Shown here: positions 7,532 through 18,601 of the stretch, in pieces | How the letters are laid out: the number at the start of each line of letters is the position of its first letter | Numbering within the stretch: the first letter of the stretch is position 1 | Program-made: the position numbers and the translations under genes | The notes under the pieces: model-generated | Database searches by the model: none | What the model was told of the DNA's origin: nothing | The model's input: only the letters and a program-made list of their open reading frames with translations | DNA from: Planctomycetota bacterium | GTDB taxonomy: Bacteria; Planctomycetota; SZUA-567; H5-PLA8 | Assembly (NCBI GenBank): GCA_045863855.1 | Contig: BTVV01000037.1 | Coordinates: 1 to 50,630 of the forward strand | Reading direction: 5' to 3' | DNA length: 50,630 nucleotides

Positions 7532-10465
7532 ATGGAGCGTCGACGAGAGATGCGTGCGCGAACGTACGGTTCGCGGTGCGGGCCGTGGGCGCTGCTGGCG
7601 TGCGTGGCGTTTGGGGCGAGCGGGCTGGGCGCGGCGGAGGATCCTCGCGCGCTGGCGGAGTTGGTGAAGGCGACGTCCGGCGTGGAACAGGGTTTGTGCC
7701 TGGCGGTGGACGCTCCGGCGGAGCTGGTGGCGGAACTGGCGAAGGCGAGCCGGATGTACGTGCAGGGTTGTACGTGGGATGCGGGGAGCGTGGCGGCGGG
7801 CCGGGCGGCGCTGCAGAAGGCGGGCGTGGCCGGTCGCGCGGCGCTGCTGCCGGTCGAGGTGGAGCATCTCCCGTACGCCGACAACTTGATCAATGTGGTG
7901 GTCTGCCCGCAGTGGGGGCGCAAGCCGGTGGCGCTGGAGGAGGTGCTGCGCGTGCTGGCGCCCGGGGGGACGGGCCTATTGGGAAGCGATGCGAATGCCG
8001 GGGCGACGGCGGGGTTGGATGCGAAGCTGAAGCAGGCGGGCGTGACGGAGGTGAAGGCGCTGGCGCGCAAGGGGTGGCTGGCGTTCGTGAAGCCGACGCC
8101 GGCGGAGTTCGGGACGTGGACGCACAACTTCGGCGGTCCGGATTTGAGTTACATCGGGGACGACCGCGCGGCGGGTCCTTGGGAGGAGCTGCGCTGGGTG
8201 GCCGATCCGCGCTGGGGCGCCTTGGCGGGGACGTATTCGGGGCGCGTGACGAGCGGAGGGCGGTACTACTACGCGGAGCAGCGTTCGGACCATGCGTGGT
8301 GGGTGGCGCGTGACGCGTACAACGGCACGGAGTTGTGGCGGTTTCCGCTGGTCGGGAAGGGCTGGGTGCCGCTGCATGGTCCGGGGAATACGCTGGCGAG
8401 CGACGAGCGCTTTGCGTACGCGACGCATAACGGGACGCTGACGGCGCGCGACGGCAAGACCGGCGCGGTGGCGATGGAATACAAGCTCCCGCTGACGGCG
8501 CGGAACATCACGACGGTGGGCGCGCATCTGCTGGTGAGCGACACGGCGAAGAACATCGCGAATTTCGGCAGCGCGGCGGCGGTGGAGAAGGCGACGGGGA
8601 AGGTGCTGTGGCAGAAGCCGTCGGCGTCGCATCCGCCGTCCGAGGGCGGCGTGGCGTTCGTGCTGGGCGCGACGGACTTGGAGGGGGTGGAGATCGCGAC
8701 GGGGACGGCGCGCTGGAAGACGGCGCTGCCCAAGGCGGACGGTTTCCCGCGCGTGTTCTGCAAGGCGGGGATCGTGTACGTGGTGACGACGCCGAACTGG
8801 AAGCCGCACACGCAACTGGCGGCGTTCGACGCGAAGAGCGGCGCGCTGCTGTGGAGCGACAAGACGCAGTGCGCGAAAGCGAGCGCGATGCTTCCGGTGG
8901 GGACGGACTTGTGCCTTACGATTCCCAGCAAGCCCAACAAGATCACGGTGCTGGACGGCAAGACGGGTGCGGTGACGCGCGAGATGCCGGTGGGTAACTT
9001 CAGCGGGAAGTGCTACGGCTTCACGGGCAACGCGGAATACCTGAGCTACGGCTGGGGCGACTGGCTGCAGATCAAGACGGGGGCCGAAACGAACAAGAAG
9101 ACGCTGCGTTCGGCGTGCTTCCTGGGCTGCGTCTTCGCGAACGGGCTCACGTATTTCCTGCCGCACCATTGCGACTGCGGGGTGACGCTGCGTGGGATGC
9201 TGGCGCTTTCGGTGGCCGGCCAGCGCAAGTGGCTGACGGACGAAGCTCAGGAAGGCAGTCCGCGGCTCTTCGCGTCGGGCTCTCCGCCGGCGCCGGCGGC
9301 CGAAGGCCCGGACGATTGGCCGATGTACCGGCTGAACGCGGCGCGGTCGAATGCGACGGCGCAGAAGCTGCCCGCTCAGGTGAAGCTGCTGTGGAGCCAG
9401 AAGCTGGGCGATGCGGCGCTGACGCAGGCGGTTGGCGCGTACGGTCTGGTTTACGCGGCCGAGCCGAAGACGCACCGAGTCTTCGCGCGGGATGCGGCGA
9501 GCGGGAAGGAAGTCTGGTCGTTCCTGGCGGACGGGCGGGTGGAGTATCCGCCGTCGCTGCATAGAGGGCTGTGCCACTTCGGAACGGGCGGGGGCTCGGT
9601 GTACGCGCTGGATGCGCGGACGGGGAAGGAAGTCTGGCGTCTGCGTGCGGCGCCGGCGGAGAAGTACATCGCGGAGGAAGGTCAGTTCGCGTCGGCGTGG
9701 CCGGTAATCGGCGGGGTGCTTCCGCTGAACGGCGAGATTTTCTTCACGTGCGGGCGCTCGGTGGGCGTGGACGGCGGATTGTTCATGTTCGCGGTGGACG
9801 CGGCGAGCGGAAAGATCCGCTGGCGCAAGCGCGGCGGGACGTCGGGCGGCGATTTCTTCCTGAGCGACGGGAAGGATCTGTATCTGACCAAGACCTCGTA
9901 CAAGATCGCCAACGGCGAACGGATTCTGGGCGGCAAAGCGGCGACGACTCCGGGCTTGCTGCGCACGACGGCGTACTTGTCGCCGGTAACGGTCTGCGAC
10001 TACATGGCCTGCGTGGAGCCGTCGCTCTCGCACCAGAAGCACGTCGAACTGACCGACGGGAACACGACGGGCGAGAACCTGGCGTTCAACGAGACGGTGG
10101 GGGTGGCGGCGTGGCGCTACCGCTTCGGCGTGCCGCCCGAACTGATGAAGAAGGACCAAGCCGGCCAGCGCTTTCTGTACGCGCGCAACGCGGACAAGTC
10201 GATCCGCTGGCGCATAGACGAGGGCTTCAAGCTGCAGATGCTGGGGGTGGTGCTGGCGGGCGAGCACGCGTACATGGCGGGGGTTCCCACGGAGAAGGCG
10301 TCGGCCGAGAAGAGCGAGCTGTGGGTGCTGGGCATGGGCGACGGGAAGACGCTGCAAGCGCTGCCGCTGGAAGGCAAGCCGGTGTACGACGGCCTTTCGG
10401 CGATCGGCGGGCGGCTGTATCTGGCGCACGAAGACGGGACGCTGTGCTGCTTCGGAGCTCCGTAG
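7532..10465 (+). CDS. Exported PQQ-like beta-propeller protein with an N-terminal methyltransferase-like domain
   Basis: Signal peptide; HLPYADNLINVVV...EVLRVLAPGG (class I MTase-like); repeated DAxxGxxxW blades (ARDAYNGTELWR, ALDARTGKEVWR); DDWPMYR motif. Confidence 0.85.
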   Translation: MERRREMRARTYGSRCGPWALLACVAFGASGLGAAEDPRALAELVKATSGVEQGLCLAVDAPAELVAELAKASRMYVQGCTWDAGSVAAGRAALQKAGVAGRAALLPVEVEHLPYADNLINVVVCPQWGRKPVALEEVLRVLAPGGTGLLGSDANAGATAGLDAKLKQAGVTEVKALARKGWLAFVKPTPAEFGTWTHNFGGPDLSYIGDDRAAGPWEELRWVADPRWGALAGTYSGRVTSGGRYYYAEQRSDHAWWVARDAYNGTELWRFPLVGKGWVPLHGPGNTLASDERFAYATHNGTLTARDGKTGAVAMEYKLPLTARNITTVGAHLLVSDTAKNIANFGSAAAVEKATGKVLWQKPSASHPPSEGGVAFVLGATDLEGVEIATGTARWKTALPKADGFPRVFCKAGIVYVVTTPNWKPHTQLAAFDAKSGALLWSDKTQCAKASAMLPVGTDLCLTIPSKPNKITVLDGKTGAVTREMPVGNFSGKCYGFTGNAEYLSYGWGDWLQIKTGAETNKKTLRSACFLGCVFANGLTYFLPHHCDCGVTLRGMLALSVAGQRKWLTDEAQEGSPRLFASGSPPAPAAEGPDDWPMYRLNAARSNATAQKLPAQVKLLWSQKLGDAALTQAVGAYGLVYAAEPKTHRVFARDAASGKEVWSFLADGRVEYPPSLHRGLCHFGTGGGSVYALDARTGKEVWRLRAAPAEKYIAEEGQFASAWPVIGGVLPLNGEIFFTCGRSVGVDGGLFMFAVDAASGKIRWRKRGGTSGGDFFLSDGKDLYLTKTSYKIANGERILGGKAATTPGLLRTTAYLSPVTVCDYMACVEPSLSHQKHVELTDGNTTGENLAFNETVGVAAWRYRFGVPPELMKKDQAGQRFLYARNADKSIRWRIDEGFKLQMLGVVLAGEHAYMAGVPTEKASAEKSELWVLGMGDGKTLQALPLEGKPVYDGLSAIGGRLYLAHEDGTLCCFGAP

Positions 10466-10730
10466 CGGCGGGCGGCGATCCTTGCGGCCACAGGTCCAGG
10501 GGTTCGTTCCGGAACCCTTCTTATATTCCATTAACCGAGCGCAGCGCGCATTCCGGCTGCCGCATTTTTGTACTCCAGCTATACACAAGCTGCACAGCGC
10601 GCCTTGGGATCCCGATTCGACTGGGCGGATGTGCCTCGGATTCATTTTCCTGCGCGGTTGGTCTATTGGTTGCTTACAGCTTTCAACTTGTCAATATTCA
10701 TCGTGATGCGCATGGACTGGAGAAGTCATC

Positions 10731-12944
10731 ATGGGTCGTTTGCGGATGGTGTGGGGCATCCTGTGCGTGCTGGCCGGTTTGAGCGGGTACCGTGCGGCGC
10801 ATGCCGGCGAGGCTGAAGGCGGCAAGGACGCTCCGAAGCCGGCGGAGGTGAAGCAGGAGACGGCCGATCCGGGTCAGCCTCCGGCGGCCGAACCGAAGAC
10901 GATCGAAGTGACGGTGACGGCGGTGGCGACGAAGAGCGAGCAGCAGCCCTACGAAGTGCCCAACCAAGTGGGGGTGGTGACCAGCGACGAGATCACCGAA
11001 CGCTTGCAATCCAGCGCGAGCTTCGTCGACGCGCTGAAGGAGCAGCCGGGCACGTTCATTCAGAAGACCGGCCCCGGCCAAGGCAGTCCGTACATCCGCG
11101 GGTTCACCGGTTTCCGCAATCTGCTGATGATCGACGGGGTGCGCTTTAACAACTCGGTCTTCCGCGAAGGCCCGAATCAGTATTGGGCGACGATCGACCC
11201 GCTGTTCATCGACCGGATCGAGTTGCTCCGGGGGCCGGGCAGTTCGCTGTACGGATCGGACGCCGTGGGCGGCGTGGTCAATGCCATGAGCAAGAGCACG
11301 GATACGTGGAGCGACGGGACGGAAGTGGGCGGGATGGTGTACTACCGCGCGGCGAGCGCCGAGCGGAGCCACGTGGGACACGTGGAGGTGAAGGGCAGCC
11401 ACAAGGACAAGGTCGGTTTCATTTTTGGCGGGAGCTTCAAGGATAACGACGACTACATGGCGGGGGGCGGCGTCGGGCAGACGGAACTTACGTCGTGGCA
11501 GGACGGGAGCTTGAGCGGCAAGGTCGAGTACCGCCCGGCGAAGGGGCACGAACTGACGTTCTACGTCGACCGCTTCCGGCAGAACGATTCGCCGCGGACG
11601 GAGCAGACGGTCTTCTCGAAGACGTGGGAAGGGACGAGCCACGGGACGCAGCTCAAACAGGAGTTCGACCAGAACCGTCTGCTCTCGTACTTGAAGTACA
11701 AACTCAACGATACCGGTACGGACGCGATCGAGGAAGCCGAAGTGACGCTCTCGTACCAGAATACGATGGAGGATGTGTACCGCGGCGACGTGAACGGCGC
11801 GGAGCGATTCGCGAGCTTCGAGGTGGATACGTATGGCGCTCAGGCGCAGTTCAAGTCGCGCGCTCCGCTTTTCGGATTGCTGACGTACGGGCTGGATTTC
11901 TACCACGATTCGATCCAGTCGGCGGAGAAGCGGATCTCGGCGGCGGGCGCGCTTTCGGTACGGCTGCAAGGCCCGGTCGGCGACGACGGTTCGTACGATC
12001 TCTTCGGCGCGTACCTCCAGGACGAGGTGGATCTGTTCGACCGGCACCTGACGCTGACGGCGGGCGGGCGCTTCGAGTACATCGCGACCGAGAGCGAGAA
12101 GTTCCAGAATCCGGACACCGGCACTCGCGACGACTTCGAGGCGGACTGGTCCAGCTTCGTGGGTTCGCTGCGCTTCCTGATCCGGCCCGACTTGAACCAC
12201 GGCGACCACTGGCACGTCTTCGGCGGCGTGCAGCAATCGTTCCGCGCGCCTTCGTACCACGACCTGACTTCGTTCGATTCCGGCGCCACCCAGGAAATTC
12301 CTTCGCCCGACGTGGAGCCCGAAGAGTTCACGACCTACGAACTGGGTTTCAAGACGCGTTACGGGGATTTCGAAGCCGAGTCCAGCTACTACTACACGTT
12401 CATCCACAACCAGCTCATCCGCGAACCCACGGGCGATCCGGGCCCGCCTCCGGTGGTGGTGAAGCGCAACGGCGGCAAGGGGTACATCTACGGGGCCGAG
12501 TTGGCGCTGCGCTACACGTTCTTCGAAGACTTCCAAGTCTGGGGCAACGTGACGGTCACGGAAGGCGATATCATGCAGTTCGACAACAACGTGCCGCCGG
12601 TGAAGCGCCGCCAGGTGGTGGACCGCCTGATTCCGGTGATGAGCCACATGGGCTTCAAGTACCAGCCCGTGGGCGAAAACTGGTGGGTGGAATTGCACGC
12701 CGATGTGTTCAGCGACGCCAACCGGCGCAGCTTCGGGAACCGGGCCGATACGCGGCGGTTTCCTCCGGACGGCACGCCCGGCTTCGGCGTCTTCGGGATT
12801 CGCGGCGGCGTGAAGCTGCTGAAAGACCGGCTGCGGATTTCGGGCGCGATCCAGAACATCGCGAACTCGGACTACCGGATTCACGGTTCGGGTCAGAACA
12901 TGCCGGGGATCAACGCAATCCTGGGGCTTCAGTACAACTGGTAG
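10731..12944 (+). CDS. TonB-dependent outer-membrane receptor
   Basis: Signal peptide; TonB-box-like EVTVTA; plug motifs SPYIRGF and IDRIELLRGPGSSLYGSDAVGGVVN; C-terminal aromatic residue (YNW). Confidence 0.95.
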   Translation: MGRLRMVWGILCVLAGLSGYRAAHAGEAEGGKDAPKPAEVKQETADPGQPPAAEPKTIEVTVTAVATKSEQQPYEVPNQVGVVTSDEITERLQSSASFVDALKEQPGTFIQKTGPGQGSPYIRGFTGFRNLLMIDGVRFNNSVFREGPNQYWATIDPLFIDRIELLRGPGSSLYGSDAVGGVVNAMSKSTDTWSDGTEVGGMVYYRAASAERSHVGHVEVKGSHKDKVGFIFGGSFKDNDDYMAGGGVGQTELTSWQDGSLSGKVEYRPAKGHELTFYVDRFRQNDSPRTEQTVFSKTWEGTSHGTQLKQEFDQNRLLSYLKYKLNDTGTDAIEEAEVTLSYQNTMEDVYRGDVNGAERFASFEVDTYGAQAQFKSRAPLFGLLTYGLDFYHDSIQSAEKRISAAGALSVRLQGPVGDDGSYDLFGAYLQDEVDLFDRHLTLTAGGRFEYIATESEKFQNPDTGTRDDFEADWSSFVGSLRFLIRPDLNHGDHWHVFGGVQQSFRAPSYHDLTSFDSGATQEIPSPDVEPEEFTTYELGFKTRYGDFEAESSYYYTFIHNQLIREPTGDPGPPPVVVKRNGGKGYIYGAELALRYTFFEDFQVWGNVTVTEGDIMQFDNNVPPVKRRQVVDRLIPVMSHMGFKYQPVGENWWVELHADVFSDANRRSFGNRADTRRFPPDGTPGFGVFGIRGGVKLLKDRLRISGAIQNIANSDYRIHGSGQNMPGINAILGLQYNW

Positions 12945-12974
12945 AGTCCTTACCGGTTCCTGGCCGCGCGCGGC

Positions 12975-13002
12975 TTGCGGTACTCGGAAGGGGGCATAGA
13001 AT
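12975..13002 (+). promoter_or_regulatory. Candidate sigma70 promoter for the uppS operon
   Basis: TTGCGG-N16-TAGAAT. Confidence 0.45.
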
Positions 13003-13083
13003 CCTGCCCGTTCAGGGCTTCGTGAAGCGGCCGCCGCCGAAGACCGATGTTCGGCTCGCGCCGCGGAGAGGATTCGCGCGCCG

Positions 13084-13863
13084 GTGTCTTTGCCCGCCAA
13101 AACGGCCTTTCCGCACCGTGCGCCGCCCGATCTTCGGGACGCCCGGCTGTGGCCCACGCTGGAGCCTCCGATTCCCCGGGCGGCGATGCCTCGCCATGTC
13201 GCGATCATCATGGACGGGAACGGGCGCTGGGCCAAGCGGCGCGGCTGGCTGCGCGTCAAGGGACACGAGGCCGGCGCGGAAGCGGTGCGCGATATCGTGC
13301 GTTACGGCGGGCAGATCGGCCTGGGCGCGCTGACGCTCTACGCCTTCAGCACCGAGAACTGGAAACGCCCGCGGCGCGAAGTCCAGTACCTGATGCGGCT
13401 TTTGAAAAAATATCTCACCGAAGAGCTGGCCGAACTGCACGCCAACGGGGTGAAGCTGACGTCGATCGGGGACATCGCGGCGCTGCCCGAGGACGTGCGG
13501 GAAGAACTTCTTTTCGTGCAAAGCGTAACCGCGGCGAACACGGGCCTGAATCTGTGCCTGGCGCTGAACTACGGCGCTCAGGACGAGCTTGCCGAGGCCG
13601 CTCGCAAGCTGAGCGAACGGGTGCGGGAGGGCGAACTGCCGCCGGAGGCGATCGACGAGGCTGCCGTGGAGGGCGCGCTGCAAACGTCCGGGATGGCGGG
13701 ATTGGATCTGCTGATCCGGACAGCCGGTGAGCGGCGTCTGAGCAACTTCCTGCTGTGGCAGGCCTGCGACGCGGTTTTTCACGTGACGGAGACATGCTGG
13801 CCGGATTTCCGGCGCGACGATCTGCGTACGGCGCTGGACGCGTACGCCGCGGTGCCGCGGTAA
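13084..13863 (+). CDS. uppS: Undecaprenyl diphosphate synthase / isoprenyl transferase
   Basis: PRHVAIIMDGNGRWA, YAFSTENWKRP, DLLIRTAGERRLSNFLLWQ. Confidence 0.97.
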   Translation: MSLPAKTAFPHRAPPDLRDARLWPTLEPPIPRAAMPRHVAIIMDGNGRWAKRRGWLRVKGHEAGAEAVRDIVRYGGQIGLGALTLYAFSTENWKRPRREVQYLMRLLKKYLTEELAELHANGVKLTSIGDIAALPEDVREELLFVQSVTAANTGLNLCLALNYGAQDELAEAARKLSERVREGELPPEAIDEAAVEGALQTSGMAGLDLLIRTAGERRLSNFLLWQACDAVFHVTETCWPDFRRDDLRTALDAYAAVPR

Positions 13864-13866
13864 GAG

Positions 13867-14799
13867 ATGCTGCGCTTCCGCGTCCTCGCCGCCACGTGCA
13901 TGATCGCGCTGCTCGTCGCCGCGATGTGGGTGGACTTGGTCTACCTGAAGGACAGCTTCCTGCTGCATCTGGCGTTCCTGGGCGCGACGTACCTGGGGAT
14001 GCGCGAGTTCTGGACGCTCTGCCGCGCCGCCGGCCATCAGACCTTCTCGACGTGGGGCACGCTGGCGGGGTGCACGCTGGTCTGCATCCATTATTTTTAC
14101 GTGCATACGTGGGGCGTGGAGAACGGGGTCACCGACCCGGTGGCGCAGTTCCGCGCGCTGCATCAGGCGGAACTGCTGCAGAACGGCGCGATCGCGCTTT
14201 CGATCCTGGGCGTCTTCGTGCTGACGGCGCGGCGGAAGGATTTCCCGCATTCGCTGGGCGGCCTGGGCGTGACGAGTTTGGGGCTGATTTACCTCTGGTT
14301 CCTGCCGTCGTTCGTGCTGAAGCTGCGGCACCTGGGCGAGGACGGGCTGCCGGGCGGTCAGAACTGGAACCGTTTCGGTCATCATCTGGTGGTGGCGACG
14401 ATCGTGATCGCCAAGGGCTGCGACGTCTGCGCGTATCTGTGCGGGCGCTGGCTGGGCAAGCGCAAAGCGTTCCCGCTGATCTCGCCGGGCAAGACGGTGG
14501 CGGGGGTGGTGGGCGGGCTGGCCGGTTCGCTGGCGCTGGCGTTGCTGCTGCATATCCCGGCGATCGGAGCGCTTCCGGCGCCGATTTTCACGCTGCCGGA
14601 GACGCTTGTCTTCGGGCTGCTGGTAGGCTTCGCGGGGATGCTGGGCGATCTATCGGAGAGCTTACTTAAGCGCTCGGCGGGAGTTAAAGACGCGGGCCAT
14701 CTGGTGCCGGGGTACGGCGGGGTGATGGACGTGATCGACAGTCTGGTGGTGGCCGGACCGGTTGCCTATTTCCTGGTCCCGGCTATCATAATGTATTGA
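13867..14799 (+). CDS. cdsA: Phosphatidate cytidylyltransferase
   Basis: ISPGKT and [31 protein letters not shown]; follows uppS. Confidence 0.95.
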   Translation: MLRFRVLAATCMIALLVAAMWVDLVYLKDSFLLHLAFLGATYLGMREFWTLCRAAGHQTFSTWGTLAGCTLVCIHYFYVHTWGVENGVTDPVAQFRALHQAELLQNGAIALSILGVFVLTARRKDFPHSLGGLGVTSLGLIYLWFLPSFVLKLRHLGEDGLPGGQNWNRFGHHLVVATIVIAKGCDVCAYLCGRWLGKRKAFPLISPGKTVAGVVGGLAGSLALALLLHIPAIGALPAPIFTLPETLVFGLLVGFAGMLGDLSESLLKRSAGVKDAGHLVPGYGGVMDVIDSLVVAGPVAYFLVPAIIMY

Positions 14800-14854
14800 G
14801 CCTTGGCGTGCCCCGAGGCTGGCGGTATTCCGGGCGCCGAGGATAGCTCACCCT

Positions 14855-15958
14855 TTGAGACGGACCATCGAGTTGGACGACCCGGAGATCGCTCGGGCGT
14901 TGTTAGGTGAAGGCGACTGTCATCTGCGCCGGGTGCGGGACGCGTTGGGCCTGGAGGTGGTGGTCCGCAACGATCTGCTGCTCTTGCAAGGTCCCGAGCG
15001 CTCGGTGAAGCGCGGGGAACGCACGTTTCGGGACATGCTGGCTGCCATCCGCGACAGCGGGCATCTCGAAGCCCGGGATGTGGATCTGATTTTGGAGGCG
15101 GCGTTGAATCGCGAGCCCTTCCCGCAGCCCGACGACGAACTGTCCCGGCCGCCTCAGGCCTCGGAAGAATGGCACGATCCGTCCATCCGGCACCGGCGCC
15201 ACCGGCGCAACCGGCGCGAACACGAAATTTTCCTGCCCGACGAGCCCGGCGAATGGGGCGCGCCGGACGAGAGCGTGCTGGCGGGTCGCGTGCGCACGTT
15301 CTCGGAAGGTCAGAAGCGCTACGTCGAGGCGATCCGGACGCACGACGTCGTCTTTGCGTCGGGTCCGGCGGGCTCCGGCAAGACGTACCTCGCGGTGGCT
15401 CTGGCGCTGGAGGCGCTGACACGGCGGATCGTACACCGGCTGATCCTGGTGCGGCCGGCGGTGGAAGCCGGGGAGCACCTGGGCTTCCTGCCGGGCGACC
15501 TGCGCGAAAAGGTCAATCCGTATCTGCGCCCGCTGTACGACGCGCTGCACGATCTGCTCAATCCGCTGCAGGTGGAGAAGTTCAGCGAACGCGGCATCGT
15601 GGAGGTCGCTCCGCTGGCGTTCATGCGCGGGCGGACGCTGAACCACGCGTTCGTCATCCTGGACGAAGCGCAGAACACGACGCCGAAACAGATGAAGATG
15701 TTCCTGACGCGGCTGGGCAACCAGTCGCGGGCGGTGATCACCGGCGATACGACGCAGGTGGACTTGCCGGACGGCAATCCGTCGGGTCTGGCGCACGCGC
15801 AACGCGTGCTGAAGGGCGTGCCGGGGGTGGCCTTCGTGGGCCTGGAGCGCGAGGACATCGTGCGGCATCCGCTGGTGCAGCGGATCGTGGATGCGTACGA
15901 GGCGAGCGAGCAGGGCAAGCGCGAGAACGGCGACGGGCGCGAGACGACGCGGCTATGA
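14855..15958 (+). CDS. phoH: PhoH-family ATPase
   Basis: [46 protein letters not shown]. Confidence 0.97.
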   Translation: MRRTIELDDPEIARALLGEGDCHLRRVRDALGLEVVVRNDLLLLQGPERSVKRGERTFRDMLAAIRDSGHLEARDVDLILEAALNREPFPQPDDELSRPPQASEEWHDPSIRHRRHRRNRREHEIFLPDEPGEWGAPDESVLAGRVRTFSEGQKRYVEAIRTHDVVFASGPAGSGKTYLAVALALEALTRRIVHRLILVRPAVEAGEHLGFLPGDLREKVNPYLRPLYDALHDLLNPLQVEKFSERGIVEVAPLAFMRGRTLNHAFVILDEAQNTTPKQMKMFLTRLGNQSRAVITGDTTQVDLPDGNPSGLAHAQRVLKGVPGVAFVGLEREDIVRHPLVQRIVDAYEASEQGKRENGDGRETTRL

Positions 15959-16054
15959 ATCTATCGAAATGCGTAACGCGGTTCGGCGCCGGCCCTGCCG
16001 AATCCGAATTGCCATGCCGCGGCGGCGAATGCCGCGCAGGCGGGAGCGTATGAC

Positions 16055-18589
16055 GTGAGCTGGCTCGACTTCATGCGCGGCCGCGGCGGAGCGCGGCGAG
16101 CCCGCACGGGCGGACCGGCGCTGGGTCCGGTGCGCGGGCGTGAAGAGACGGGCCGCCCGTCGGAACGGCGCACGCTGCCCGGCCCCGCGGGGGTGCTCTT
16201 CTGCGCGATGCTGGTCGGCGCGGTGGTCTTCATCATCGATTACGGCGTGCTTCCGCCGCCGCTGCACGAAAAGGACATCGCGCCGGCGGACTTCGAGGCG
16301 CGCGAGTCGTTCAGCTACTGGGACCACGATTACATCCGGCAGTTGCGCGAGTCGGCCGCGGAGCAAGCTCCGCTGGTCTTCGAGGTGGCGCCGGCTTGGC
16401 GCGGCGAAATTCTGCAAGACCTGCGGCGGATGTGCGAAATCGTGGAAGGCGCCGGCGGGCTCGAACCGGCCATCGTCGCGATCAACAGCCCGAAGGAATC
16501 GCAGCTCGTCGAACGTCTGTTTCAGCACTACACGCGGCTGGGCAAGCAATCGCTGACGCGGGATCTGCTGTGGGACATCGATTTTCAGTTGCGCACGATC
16601 GAAGTGGAAGGGGTGCTGAGCCAGGAGCACTACCAGAGCTACTGGCAAAAGCGCGAGGCTCGGCGGGTGCTGGTGCGGCAAGGCGACGACCCGGCGCTCC
16701 TGCCGCGCGAATCGCGGCGGCTCAAGTCGGTCCTCGAAGCGCAGCGCGAACTGGCGGAGAAGCTGGCCAATCTGCCGCGCTACGCCGAACCGCTGCAGCG
16801 CGCGCTGGCGCGGCACCTGGAAGAACGCCTCAAGCCTAACCTGACCTACGATCCTGATGCTTCGGCGCTGCAGGCGCAGGCAGCCCAGGAGCAGGTTCCG
16901 GACGCCAACCGGCGGGTGCGTAAGGGCGAGCAGATCCTGGCAAAGGGCGAGCCGGTCGGAAGCGACCAGTTGCGCATGCTGCGCGAGGAAGCCAAGGCGT
17001 ACAAGGCTTCGCTGCCCTGGACGACGTACGCCTTCCGGATCGCGGGGATCGCATCGCTGGCGGCGGCGGTGCTCTATCTGGCGCTGGTGGCGCTGCGGCG
17101 GCTGGAGCCGGGCATCTTCCTGCGGCGGCGGCAACTCGTGCTGCTGGGGCTGGCCTGCCTGGCGGTGCTGGCGGTGGCGAAGGGCCTGATGCTGGGCGAG
17201 TTGCCGCGGCAGCTCGCGCCGGTGACGTTCGCGGCGGTGATCGCATCGCTGGCGTTCTCGCAGGGCGTGGCACTGGTGATCACGCTTTCGCTGGCGCTGC
17301 TGACGGGTTTCACGGCCGGCGGCGACATGAGCCTGGCGCTGACGCTGCTGCTGGGCGGCTTCATCACCGCGCTGCCGTCGAAGCGCCTGCAGAAGCGCTT
17401 CGATCTGCTGTGGTACGGCCTGCTGGGCGGCTTCGCGCAAGGCGGATCGATCCTGCTCCTTTCGCTGCTGCGCAGCACCGGGATTCTCACCGTCGCGGGG
17501 CTCTCGCAGTTCGGCCTGCCGATGTTCCAGTTCCCGACGGCCGACGAAGCGCTGTGGGGTTTCTTGAATTGCGCCGGCTGCGGATTGCTGCTCTCGGCGC
17601 TGCTCCCGCCGCTGGAAGTGCTCTTCGGGATCATCACCAACATCCGGCTGTACGAGTTGTCCGATCCGACGCACCCGGGGCTGCGCAAGATCCAGCTTGA
17701 GGCGCCCGGCACCTGGGCGCACACGCTGCAAGTGGCGTCGCTGGTGGAGCCGGCGGTGGAAGCCATCGGCGGAAACATTCACCTCGCGCGCGCGGGCACG
17801 TACTACCACGACCTGGGCAAGACGCTGAAGCCGGAGTACTTCGTCGAGAACCAGATGGGCGCGGAAGAACGGCACCGGCGGCTGGCGCCGAGCGTGAGCG
17901 CGCTGATCATCACGTCGCACGTGAAGGACGGGATCGAGCTGGGGCGCGATTACGGGCTGCCGCAGCAGATCGTGGATTTCATCCCCGAGCACCACGGGAC
18001 GACGCTGGTGAGTTTCTTCTATCATTCGGCGCAAAGGCGGGCCGAAGAGGACCGCGCGCAGGGCAAAGGCGGGCAGGTTCAGGAGTCGTTCTTCCGCTAC
18101 CCCGGCCCCAAGCCGCGCAGCCGCGAGACGGCGGTGCTGATGCTGGCGGATACGATCGAAGCCGCCTCGCGGACGCTGGAAGCTCCGAGCGCGACGCGCC
18201 TGCAGCAGTTCGTGCACGAACTGATCATGTCGAAGCTGCTCGACCACCAGCTCGACGACTGCGAACTGACCTTCCGCGATCTGGCGGTGATCGAAGCGAC
18301 ATTCCTGCGCGTGCTGGTGGGGCGCTTCCACGGGCGCATCCGGTACCCGGGCCAGGACGAACAAGGCAGCGGCATTCAACCCGGCGGCAAGGTGGGGGGC
18401 AGCAGTTCGCGGCTGCACAGCGTCGAGCAGAAGACGCGGAAGATTCCGCGCGAGGCGCTTTTGCAGGCCGAGGCGGAAGCCGAAGGCCGGCCGCTGGCCT
18501 CTCCGACGCCGGGCGAGATCGCGCCTGCCGCGGCCGCGCCGAGTACGGACGGCGAGCCGGCGAACCCGCCGCGCGGCCATTCGAACTGA
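16055..18589 (+). CDS. 7TM-HD (HDIG) phosphohydrolase, PgpH-like
   Basis: Extracellular domain, multi-TM block, then APGTWAH, YYHDLGK, HVKDG, EHHGT, MLAD; phoH-HD-ybeY synteny. Confidence 0.92.
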   Translation: MSWLDFMRGRGGARRARTGGPALGPVRGREETGRPSERRTLPGPAGVLFCAMLVGAVVFIIDYGVLPPPLHEKDIAPADFEARESFSYWDHDYIRQLRESAAEQAPLVFEVAPAWRGEILQDLRRMCEIVEGAGGLEPAIVAINSPKESQLVERLFQHYTRLGKQSLTRDLLWDIDFQLRTIEVEGVLSQEHYQSYWQKREARRVLVRQGDDPALLPRESRRLKSVLEAQRELAEKLANLPRYAEPLQRALARHLEERLKPNLTYDPDASALQAQAAQEQVPDANRRVRKGEQILAKGEPVGSDQLRMLREEAKAYKASLPWTTYAFRIAGIASLAAAVLYLALVALRRLEPGIFLRRRQLVLLGLACLAVLAVAKGLMLGELPRQLAPVTFAAVIASLAFSQGVALVITLSLALLTGFTAGGDMSLALTLLLGGFITALPSKRLQKRFDLLWYGLLGGFAQGGSILLLSLLRSTGILTVAGLSQFGLPMFQFPTADEALWGFLNCAGCGLLLSALLPPLEVLFGIITNIRLYELSDPTHPGLRKIQLEAPGTWAHTLQVASLVEPAVEAIGGNIHLARAGTYYHDLGKTLKPEYFVENQMGAEERHRRLAPSVSALIITSHVKDGIELGRDYGLPQQIVDFIPEHHGTTLVSFFYHSAQRRAEEDRAQGKGGQVQESFFRYPGPKPRSRETAVLMLADTIEAASRTLEAPSATRLQQFVHELIMSKLLDHQLDDCELTFRDLAVIEATFLRVLVGRFHGRIRYPGQDEQGSGIQPGGKVGGSSSRLHSVEQKTRKIPREALLQAEAEAEGRPLASPTPGEIAPAAAAPSTDGEPANPPRGHSN

Positions 18590-18601
18590 CCGCACACGCC
18601 G

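Noticed and set aside
10466..10730. Cobalamin riboswitch upstream of the TonB receptor
   Set aside because: I could not find the conserved GGGAA / GCCCCCGC.ACTGT / GCCACTG elements.
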